Of a DNA stretch of 64,000 nt, positions 50,567 to 58,647 are shown in pieces. The notes under the pieces are model-generated. The model did not search any database. It was not told the origin of the DNA and was given only the letters and a program-made list of their open reading frames with translations. Within the stretch, counting starts at the first letter, position 1, and every line of letters begins with the position of its first letter. The position numbers were made by a program, and so were the translations under genes. The DNA comes from Muribaculaceae bacterium (lineage in GTDB: Bacteria > Bacteroidota > Bacteroidia > Bacteroidales > Muribaculaceae): contig JAFUVK010000017.1 in the NCBI GenBank assembly GCA_017477555.1, positions 10,787 through 74,786 on the forward strand, in the 5' to 3' direction.

Positions 50567-51301
50567 ATGAAACCGATGGCAATGAAATGGATCAAGCTGA
50601 TATGGCTGGTGCTCGTGTTGGGCATTGTGGTTGTCATGGCGGCATGCTCTAGTCAGGGCAGTCGGCGTGACAGGCGCGACGTGCCCCAACGCCGCGACGG
50701 GGCACTGATCGACGGCATCGATGTGTCGAGCCATCAGGGCGACATCAACTGGGAGAAGGTCACCGCCAACGACGACATCCGCTTTGCCTACATCAAAGCC
50801 ACCGAGGGCGAGACCTACCAGTCGCCACACTACGCCGACAACGTCGGTCAGGCGCAACGCTACGGCCTGCTTGTGGGCAGCTACCACTACCTGTCGACCA
50901 AGTCGCCCATCGTGCAGCAGTACGACAATTTTGTGCGCACCATGGGCACCGTGCGGCAGGACCTGATTCCCATGATCGACGTCGAGGACCGCGGCAACTG
51001 GTCGCGCAGCCAGCTCATCGACAGTGTGTCGCTGCTGGCCGGTATGCTGGAGCGCCACTATGGCCGCAAACCCATGATTTACTCGACCATGGACTTCTAC
51101 AACCAGAACCTCTCGCCGCAGTTCAACAAATATCCACTCTACATCGGGCGCTACTCCAGCACCCAGCCCACCATCAGCTGGGAGGGCGAATACACCATTT
51201 GGCAGTTCAGCGAGGACGGCATCATGGCCGGCATCAACGTCTACGTCGACATGGCGCGCTTCCACCCCGACCACGACCTGCCCGAACTACTGCTGCGCTG
51301 A
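50567..51301 (+). CDS. GH25 muramidase (probable lipoprotein)
   Basis: MAAC lipobox; GIDVSSHQG.INW, YIKATEG, GSYHY, PMIDVE, IWQFSE.G. Confidence 0.92.
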   Translation: MKPMAMKWIKLIWLVLVLGIVVVMAACSSQGSRRDRRDVPQRRDGALIDGIDVSSHQGDINWEKVTANDDIRFAYIKATEGETYQSPHYADNVGQAQRYGLLVGSYHYLSTKSPIVQQYDNFVRTMGTVRQDLIPMIDVEDRGNWSRSQLIDSVSLLAGMLERHYGRKPMIYSTMDFYNQNLSPQFNKYPLYIGRYSSTQPTISWEGEYTIWQFSEDGIMAGINVYVDMARFHPDHDLPELLLR

Positions 51302-51303
51302 GA

Positions 51304-52086
51304 CTAGTCGTTGTCGGCGCTGGCGGCCACACGGTTGTTGCTGCCCCCAGGGCGGCGGTCACCGGCGTGGCGCTTAGCGGCCACACGCCGGTCGATTTGC
51401 GCATGCGACGGCTCGGGCACCTCCGGCCGCTGAGCCACTCGCCGCTGCCGTGCCGGACGCGGCGGCACCTGCACCTGGGCCACATCGTCCTTGCGCTTGG
51501 GCGGGGGCGGCACCACGCCCTTCTCCGGCAGAGGCTCGCCCCGCACATCCTGCGCCAGCAGGTTCAGCTCATACTGCTCGATGATTCGCACCAGCTTCTG
51601 CGGATAGGCCGGGTCCTCGGCATAGCCGCAGTCGCGCAGCCCCTGCGCCCATCCCTGATAGTCAGACACATCCAGGTCGTAGAGCGAACTGTAGCGCTTG
51701 CCGCGCAGAAATTTGGCGTGGTCCAGAAACGAGTCCTCGGCACAACCATAGTTACGGTAGCAGTTGTGGGTGAGCGTGTCGTCATACTCCACAACCGGCC
51801 CCTTCCAGCTGTAGCACTTGATGCCAAAGTGGTTGTTTCCCCGCCGGGCTAGGTAGCTCTGCCCGGCATTGCTCTCGAGCAAGCCTTGCGCCAGCGTGAT
51901 GGCCGCCGGCACGCCAAAGTCGCGCTGGTGCTGCAGGGCGATGCCCTTGAAGCGCTCAATGTACTCGAGATACCTCGCACTGAGTGCCTGCGCTTTCGCA
52001 AAAAGCGCGGTCATCAGCACGAAAATCAAGCAAAATGCCGCTTTTTGTTTGTTGTTTAAGAAATTATAACTACTTTTGCCTATCAT
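51304..52086 (-). CDS. GH73 glucosaminidase-domain peptidoglycan hydrolase
   Basis: VPAAITLAQGLLES, NNHFGIKC, SFLDH..FL...RY, GYAEDPAYP.KL; start uncertain. Confidence 0.88.
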   Translation of the reverse strand: MIGKSSYNFLNNKQKAAFCLIFVLMTALFAKAQALSARYLEYIERFKGIALQHQRDFGVPAAITLAQGLLESNAGQSYLARRGNNHFGIKCYSWKGPVVEYDDTLTHNCYRNYGCAEDSFLDHAKFLRGKRYSSLYDLDVSDYQGWAQGLRDCGYAEDPAYPQKLVRIIEQYELNLLAQDVRGEPLPEKGVVPPPPKRKDDVAQVQVPPRPARQRRVAQRPEVPEPSHAQIDRRVAAKRHAGDRRPGGSNNRVAASADND

Positions 52087-52104
52087 TTTCTAAACCGTAA
52101 AGTC

Positions 52105-52572
52105 ATGACCGAAAAAAATATCACCACAAAGGTACAAGTTTTTGCTTACACTGAACTAACTGAAGAGGATAAAAAACTTGTCGACATGGCTCGCCAGGCC
52201 ACCGGTGCCTCCTACGCACCCTACAGCAACTACCATGTTGGAGCCGCGCTGGTGCTGGACAACGGCGAGTATTTTATCGGTGCCAATCAGGAGAATGCGG
52301 CCTTTGCGGGCATCTGCGGCGAGCGCAGCGCCATCTATGCCGCCGGCGCACGCTTTCCGGGCGTGCCGGTACGCAAACTGGCCATCACGGCAGCACAGAA
52401 CGGCCAGATAGTGGCCGAACCGGTGGCTCCATGCGGCGTTTGCCGCCAGGCCATCCTGGAGTTTGAGAAAAACGCACCCCACCCCATCGAGATTCTGCTC
52501 GCCGGCCGTGACACGGTCTACCGTCTGGAGAGCATCGCGTCGACGCTGCCCCTGTGCTTCAAGGAGTTCTGA
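52105..52572 (+). CDS. cdd: Cytidine deaminase
   Basis: YAPYS.Y.VGAA, NQENAA, CGERSA, PCGVCRQ. Confidence 0.93.
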   Translation: MTEKNITTKVQVFAYTELTEEDKKLVDMARQATGASYAPYSNYHVGAALVLDNGEYFIGANQENAAFAGICGERSAIYAAGARFPGVPVRKLAITAAQNGQIVAEPVAPCGVCRQAILEFEKNAPHPIEILLAGRDTVYRLESIASTLPLCFKEF

Positions 52573-52676
52573 ATTTCAGTGGTACATATGCCACTGTGCC
52601 TGCGGCGCAGCCCTACTCCTCTCGGGACTGTAGCTAATCACGCGGCACGCCGATGCCCTACTGGTCGGCAGACGCA

Positions 52677-52841
52677 GCCTGGCAGTCATTGTGCATTGGC
52701 GATGACCCCTCCCCTAACCCCTCCCCTATCAGGGGAGGGGGACTGCTGCCTGGCAGTCATTGTGAATTGTGCTTTGGCGATGACCCCTCCCCTGGGCTCT
52801 CACCTGCCAGGGGATGGGGACTACCGCTGCCAGGGAAGGGG
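52677..52841. repeat. Two tandem CCCCTCC/GGAGGGG hairpin repeat units
   Basis: gcctggcagtcattgtg...ttggcgatgacccctcccct occurs twice; homologous to 10081-10172. Confidence 0.8.
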
Positions 52842-52854
52842 TGTTGCGGTAGGG

Positions 52855-54081
52855 TTAAAGCTCAAGGTCAATGTTGAACTGCTCGTGCCAGGGCAGGCCC
52901 TGCCGTGCCACCTCGTCGAGGAACGGGTCGGGGTCGAACTCCTCCACATTGTGCACACCGGGCTTGACCCACAGTCCCTTAAGGAACATCATGGCTCCGG
53001 TCATGGCCGGTACACCGGTGGTATAGCTCACGGCCTGCATGCCGGTCTCCTGATAGGCGGCATGGTGGTCGCAGTTGTTGTAGATATAATAGGTGAGCGG
53101 CTGGCCATCCTTGCCAATGCCACTGATGCGGCAGCCGATGCTGGTCTGGCCCTGATAGTTCTCGCCCAGATCCTGCGGGTTGGGCAGCACGGCCTTAAGG
53201 AACTGCAGCGGCACAATCTTGACGCGGGCCGTGCCGGTGCCGTCGGCCAGCGGAGCCTCATACTCCACCTCGTCGATGCGGCTCATGCCTATGTTCTGAA
53301 TCACCTCCAGGTGCTTGAGATACTGCTCGCCAAAGGTCATCCAGAAGCGTGCCCGCTTGATGGTGGGATAGTTGATGACCAGCGACTCGATTTCCTCGTG
53401 GTGCAGCAGGTAGCTCTCGCGCGGCCCAATGCCAGGATAGGTGAGCGGCTGGTGAATCTCTAGCGGCTCGGTCTCGACCCACTTGCCGTCTTGCCAGTAG
53501 AGTCCCTTCTGTGTGATCTCGCGGATGTTGATCTCGGGGTTGAAATTGGTGGCGAATGCCTTGCCGTGGTCGCCGGCATTGCAGTCCACGATGTCGAGGT
53601 AGTGAATCTCCCGGAAGTGGTGCTTGGCAGCACGGGCGGTGTAGATGCTGGTCACGCCCGGGTCGAAGCCGCAGCCCAGTATTGCCGTGAGTCCGGCCTT
53701 CTCGAAGCGCTCGCGGTAGGCCCACTGCCAGCTGTACTCGAAGTGCGCCTCGTCGCGCGGCTCATAGTTGGCCGTGTCCAGATAGTTCACACCACACTGC
53801 AGGCATGCCTCCATGATGGTGAGATCCTGGTAGGGCAACGCCAAGTTGATGACCAGATTGGGCTTGTGGCGGTTGAACAGTGCCACCAGCTGGTCGACGT
53901 CGTCGGCATCTACCTGATCGGTGGTGATGTTGGGAGCGCCAATGGCACGCGCCACGGCATCGCACTTGGCGCGATTGCGCGAGGCAATCACGATCTCATT
54001 GAACACGTCGGGATTCTGGGCGCACTTGTGTGCGCACACGGTGCCGACTCCACCGCATCCGATAATAATTACCTTGTTCAT
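52855..54081 (-). CDS. Saccharopine dehydrogenase family / carboxynorspermidine dehydrogenase
   Basis: IIGCGGVG, NLALPYQDLTIM.AC, YLDTANYE, GCGFDPG, FATNFNPEINIRE, QAVSYTTGVPA. Confidence 0.92.
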   Translation of the reverse strand: MNKVIIIGCGGVGTVCAHKCAQNPDVFNEIVIASRNRAKCDAVARAIGAPNITTDQVDADDVDQLVALFNRHKPNLVINLALPYQDLTIMEACLQCGVNYLDTANYEPRDEAHFEYSWQWAYRERFEKAGLTAILGCGFDPGVTSIYTARAAKHHFREIHYLDIVDCNAGDHGKAFATNFNPEINIREITQKGLYWQDGKWVETEPLEIHQPLTYPGIGPRESYLLHHEEIESLVINYPTIKRARFWMTFGEQYLKHLEVIQNIGMSRIDEVEYEAPLADGTGTARVKIVPLQFLKAVLPNPQDLGENYQGQTSIGCRISGIGKDGQPLTYYIYNNCDHHAAYQETGMQAVSYTTGVPAMTGAMMFLKGLWVKPGVHNVEEFDPDPFLDEVARQGLPWHEQFNIDLEL

Positions 54082-54095
54082 GTATCCTGATGATT

Positions 54096-54449
54096 TTAAG
54101 TATTTAAGCGATTAATGAAAGAGCATTGCAAAGGTACAAATAATCCCAGACAATAACAATGATTTGGCGACATCAAACAAAAAAAATACTGAATCCCCTC
54201 AGGGATTTCATGAGGACTCAATGGTGGTTTTCTGTCCTTTGAGCTAATATATTGATACCATCCCCACATGGGGAATACAATTCCTTGTACAGGTGGGAAA
54301 TCAATGCGTTGCCGCATTTGCCCAGCCATCCACCGATAAGCAATGAGGAAGGCACGTTCGTCACCCCATATCGGCTTGTTGCACCATGCGATACCGGCTT
54401 TTTGCAGTTGATGATAGATGGCAATTCCTTGCGTTGTCCAAAGTGTCAT
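54096..54449 (-). pseudogene. Truncated DUF3841-like gene
   Basis: MTLWT.Q...AY.WM..QM..RI..PP....P.W.WY N-terminus; the last ~30 codons are non-homologous and run across the downstream promoter. Confidence 0.55.
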
Positions 54450-55774
54450 TGTGTTGGCGTGGCAGATAATTGTTTGCCCATGTACCCTTCAATGGCATAC
54501 AAGGGGATGTTCTCCATCCAACCTTGGTCTACGTAGGGCAACATCGAGCATCGCAGGCCTTTCAAACCAAGGCTGGCATAATCGATATTGACAAACTGAG
54601 ACAGCGACTTGCTCTTAACATTAATCTCGGCCTTCACTTCGATAGGTAATATGCGTTGTGGCAGTTGCATGACAAAGTCGACTTCTACTTGAGCATTATC
54701 CTTACTATAATAGCAAATGGGTAGTTTATCGCGAATACAAAGTTGCTGATATACATAGTTCTCGGTAAATGCACCCCGATATTGCCCGAAAATTTCGTTG
54801 CTCAACAACATTTTCCGCGCCTCAACACCAGCCAACGCCCCTAAAAGCCCCACATCAAGCAAATAGAGTTTGAACGCATCAAAGTCCTCCGAAAACTTGA
54901 GAGGCATTTCAGGTACTTTGCATCGATGCACTCGATGCACCAGTCCAGCATCAACCAGCCACTGTATGGCCGTTTCAAAGTCTCTAGCACGACCACCCTT
55001 ACGCAATGCGCCGTATATAAATTTCTTGTTCTCCTTAGCCAATTGTGCGGGGATGCTCTGCCAAACTAAGCGTATACGATCGGTAATGCTAGCTGTATGT
55101 TTTGCCATATCGTTGATATAGGCCGAAATAATCTGGTCTTGGATTTCTCTGACACGCGCCAGTTCATGGCGAGTAACATAACTGAGCACGGCCTCGGGCA
55201 TGCCCCCCACATAGTAGTATTGTCTTAGCAAATCCTGAAATTTAGCATCAAAATTTTTCAACCCTTGCCAGTCACAACGCATGACCATTTGAGCCAGCAA
55301 CTCATTGTCCATTGCCCACAGAAACTCGATGAATGTCATGGGTTGCAGGCGCAACAGATCAACTTTGCCAACAGGGTATGATTCGCCTGTACGATGCGTG
55401 ACACCCAGCAGTGAGCCAGCCACAACAACATGTAATTCACGAACCTGCTCACAGAAGTACTTCAGCGACGCAAGTCCTTGTGGCGCTTCTTGTATTTCAT
55501 CAAAAAACAGCAACGAGCGTCCTGCCTCAACATGATGTCCGGTCAAGGCTTCGACATCACGCAAAATACGATCGGTCTTGAGGTCCATAGCAAATATTTT
55601 CTGCGCAACAGGGTCATCATGGCAGTTGACATAGACCAGATTGTCGAATTCATTTCGACCAAACTCTGACAACAGCCATGTCTTGCCCACCTGTCGCGCT
55701 CCCTCCAGAATCAACGGTTTGCGTTCGGGGTCGGTTTTCCATGACAGCAATGAATCATACAAAAATCGTTTCAT
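54446..55774 (-). CDS. AAA_14 ATPase with DUF4143 C-terminal (wHTH + PD-(D/E)XK-like) region
   Basis: GARQVGKT, FFDEIQ, VAGSLLG, YYYVGGMPE, KLYLLDVGLL, EVDFV...PIEVK. Confidence 0.9.
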   Translation of the reverse strand: MKRFLYDSLLSWKTDPERKPLILEGARQVGKTWLLSEFGRNEFDNLVYVNCHDDPVAQKIFAMDLKTDRILRDVEALTGHHVEAGRSLLFFDEIQEAPQGLASLKYFCEQVRELHVVVAGSLLGVTHRTGESYPVGKVDLLRLQPMTFIEFLWAMDNELLAQMVMRCDWQGLKNFDAKFQDLLRQYYYVGGMPEAVLSYVTRHELARVREIQDQIISAYINDMAKHTASITDRIRLVWQSIPAQLAKENKKFIYGALRKGGRARDFETAIQWLVDAGLVHRVHRCKVPEMPLKFSEDFDAFKLYLLDVGLLGALAGVEARKMLLSNEIFGQYRGAFTENYVYQQLCIRDKLPICYYSKDNAQVEVDFVMQLPQRILPIEVKAEINVKSKSLSQFVNIDYASLGLKGLRCSMLPYVDQGWMENIPLYAIEGYMGKQLSATPTQ

Positions 55775-55835
55775 TTTTCTTGACTCTTTAACTTGGCTGC
55801 AAAGTTACTGCTTTTCAGTGACAAAACCAACAGTT

Positions 55836-55954
55836 TGCCACTTTTCTGGACGAATATTGGCTTGATTGTGCCACTTTTCTGGACGAATATTGGCTTGATT
55901 GAGCCACTTTTCTGGACGAATATTGGCTTGATTGTGCCACTTTTCCGGACGAAT
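55836..55954. repeat. 33-bp tandem repeat, ~3.6 copies
   Basis: gccacttttctggacgaatattggcttgattg(t/a) units start at 55837, 55870, 55903 and 55936. Confidence 0.95.
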
Positions 55955-55956
55955 GC

Positions 55957-57351
55957 CTAGACCATCAGGTTGGTGAAAGTGGTGATGAGCCAGGTGCTGA
56001 CGGTCATATAGATGATCATGCCCACGATGTCGTTGGTGACGGTGACAAAGGGTCCCGTGGCGATGGCCGGATCAATCTTGAGCTTCTCGAGCACAATGGG
56101 CACGAGCGAGCCGAAAACCGAGGCAAACAGAATGACGCCAAACAGCGACAGCGTCACCGCCATGGTGGTGATGTTGGCCTTGAGCGGGTCGTCGTCGGCC
56201 GGGAAAAACCAGTTGTAGGCAAACAGGCATGCCGAGATGATAAGGGCATTGAAGATGGCCACGCCGAACTCCTTGAACAAGTGCTTGGCGGCATGGCGGA
56301 TTTCCAGGCTGCCGTTGGCCAGACCCTGCACCACGATGGCGCTCGACTGTGTGCCCACATTGCCGCCAGTGCCGCCAATGAGCGGTATGAACAGCGCCAT
56401 GCCCGGCAGGATCTGCAGCAGGTCGGCCTCGTCGCCCCCTCCATCGAGGATAAACGCGTTGGCAATGCCTCCCACAAGCCCGATGAGCAGCCATGGCAGT
56501 CGTGCCTTGACCTGTGTGAAGATGTTGTCGTCGGTCTCGACATCGGCCGAGATACCCGATGCCAACTGATAGTCGCGTTCGCCCTGCTCACGCACCTGGT
56601 CGATGATGTCGTCGACGGTGATTCGCCCCACCAGTCGGCCTATGCCATCGACCACCGGCATGGCCACCAGGTCGTACTTCTCGAAGTCGAGCGCCACGTC
56701 CTCGATGGGCGTGTCGGTCTTGACGCTGATGGGGTCGGGTTCCATCACATGCTTGATTTTGCTCGCGCTGGGGTTGGTGATGGTGGTCTTGAGCGGGAAG
56801 ATGCCTTTGAGACGGTGGTCGTCGTCCACGACATAGATGTTATAAATCTCGTCCATGTCCTCGGCCTGCTCTCGCATGGCCTTGATGCAGTCGGGCATCG
56901 ACAGGTTTTCGTTGACGACAATCATCTCGGTGCTCATGTGTCCACCTGCGGTGTCCTCGTCATACTGCATCAGGTCGACAATGTCGCCAGCCTGCTCCAC
57001 ATCGTCGATGTGCTTGATCACATCCTCCTGGTCTTCCTTGTCCAGCTCTTGGATCAGGTCGACGGCATCGTCGGCGTTCATTTGCTCCAGCTGCTTGGCG
57101 ATTTCCTCGTTGGGCATCAGCTCGAGCAGGTCGGCCCGCTCGTCCTCATCGAGTTCGACGAGCACATCGGCTGCCGTCTCGTCGTCGAGCAGTAGCATTA
57201 TAAACAGTGCCTGCTCGGCATCGAGGTCGCTCACCACCTCGGCAATGTCGGCAGGGTGCATATCGGTGATGAGGCTCATCACCTGTTCTTTGTCCTTGAG
57301 CTCAATAAGCTCTTCCAGTCGCTCAAGGTTCTGTTCGTTCAGTTCTTTCAT
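55957..57351 (-). CDS. mgtE: Magnesium transporter MgtE
   Basis: MHPADIAE, CBS pair, ARLPWL, GGNVGTQ, IDPAIATGPFVT..ND. Confidence 0.95.
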   Translation of the reverse strand: MKELNEQNLERLEELIELKDKEQVMSLITDMHPADIAEVVSDLDAEQALFIMLLLDDETAADVLVELDEDERADLLELMPNEEIAKQLEQMNADDAVDLIQELDKEDQEDVIKHIDDVEQAGDIVDLMQYDEDTAGGHMSTEMIVVNENLSMPDCIKAMREQAEDMDEIYNIYVVDDDHRLKGIFPLKTTITNPSASKIKHVMEPDPISVKTDTPIEDVALDFEKYDLVAMPVVDGIGRLVGRITVDDIIDQVREQGERDYQLASGISADVETDDNIFTQVKARLPWLLIGLVGGIANAFILDGGGDEADLLQILPGMALFIPLIGGTGGNVGTQSSAIVVQGLANGSLEIRHAAKHLFKEFGVAIFNALIISACLFAYNWFFPADDDPLKANITTMAVTLSLFGVILFASVFGSLVPIVLEKLKIDPAIATGPFVTVTNDIVGMIIYMTVSTWLITTFTNLMV

Positions 57352-58147
57352 TGATGTCGGGATTAGACTCCAGCGCGTCACGCACAAGGTTGGTAAGTTC
57401 GATGAATTCACTCACGCTCAGCTGCTCGGGGCGTTGTCGGAACACATCGCGCTCAAGCACCTCACTGCCTTTGGGCAGCAGTCCTCGTAGCGAGTTGCGC
57501 AGCGTCTTACGCCGCTGCCCGAACGATGTCTTGACCACCGTCTTCATCAGCCTCTCGTCACATCCCAGGTCGGTGACCTGATTGCGCACCAGCCTGATGA
57601 CGCCCGACTTGACCTTTGGGGGCGGGTTGAACACATGCTCGTCGACGGTAAAGAGATACTCGATGTCGTACCATGCCTGCAGCAGCACCGAGAGGATGCC
57701 ATAGGTCTTGCTGCCCGGCCCGGCAGCGATGCGCTGTGCCACCTCGCGTTGCAACATGCCACTGCAGCAGGTCACCTGGTCTTTATATTCGAGCACCTTA
57801 AAGAAAATCTGCGACGAAATGTTGTACGGATAATTGCCAATGATGCTGAACGGCCTGTCGCCATACACCTGATGCAGGTCGAGCTTGAGAAAGTCCTGGC
57901 CGATGATGCGTCCCTGAAGCTGTGGGAAGTTCAGCTGCAGGTAGCGCACACTCTCCTGGTCCAGTTCCACGACAGTGAGGTCATGGCCCCGCTCGATCAG
58001 CGGCTCGGTGAGCACGCCCATGCCCGGTCCCACCTCCAGCGTGGGCTGGTGGCGGAAGTCGTCGAGTGTGGCGGCTATGCGCTCGGCCACAGTAAGGTCG
58101 GTCAGGAAGTGCTGACCCAGCGATTTCTTGGCGCGTACTTGCATCAT
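57323..58147 (-). CDS. rsmA: 16S rRNA m6,2A dimethyltransferase
   Basis: AKKSLGQHFL, LEVGPGMG, GNYPYNIS, F.PPPKV.S, F.QRRKTLRN. Confidence 0.97.
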   Translation of the reverse strand: MMQVRAKKSLGQHFLTDLTVAERIAATLDDFRHQPTLEVGPGMGVLTEPLIERGHDLTVVELDQESVRYLQLNFPQLQGRIIGQDFLKLDLHQVYGDRPFSIIGNYPYNISSQIFFKVLEYKDQVTCCSGMLQREVAQRIAAGPGSKTYGILSVLLQAWYDIEYLFTVDEHVFNPPPKVKSGVIRLVRNQVTDLGCDERLMKTVVKTSFGQRRKTLRNSLRGLLPKGSEVLERDVFRQRPEQLSVSEFIELTNLVRDALESNPDINERTERTEP

Positions 58148-58647
58148 TGTTGCTAAGTTTTTGGTTTAGCTTGCAAAGTTACAAAAAAAATATTACGCAC
58201 AGCCAGCACAACGCGGCATTTTTTTCGGTTTTCGGTCTTTGGGCACTCTACCGGGGCTTGGGCAAGGCTCGGCCGGGGGCGGTTGTCGCTTTTCAGTCAT
58301 CGGCATTCACACCCGGCAAGCGGCACTGGCCAGTCGAAGTGAAACAAACACACCAACAAGCTATTTATCAAGTTATTAAATGCTACTTCCATGGCAAAAG
58401 TGAGTTTTTGTCGTAGTGGTTGTCGTAGCCAAGTCGCATCTAATATTTGTACACACGCACGCAATAAGAAGTAATTTTGCATTGCTTATTCAAGATTAAA
58501 ACAGCAGGTTCAAGAACAATGAGTGAGCATAACGTTGGGCTTTTGTGATTATACAGCAGTAAGGACTGTGAATCATCGAGGCTAAATGATAAAATTGACA
58601 CAAAAAAATAGCGAGAAAAATATTTGTTTAACTAAAAACAATCTTCT

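Noticed and set aside
52579-53463. 294-aa ORF with repeated CALAMTPPL
   Set aside because: It is a translation of the DNA repeat units plus antisense of the dehydrogenase gene.
55836-55954. Possible CRISPR array
   Set aside because: The 33-bp units are head-to-tail with no unique spacers, and there are no cas genes nearby.
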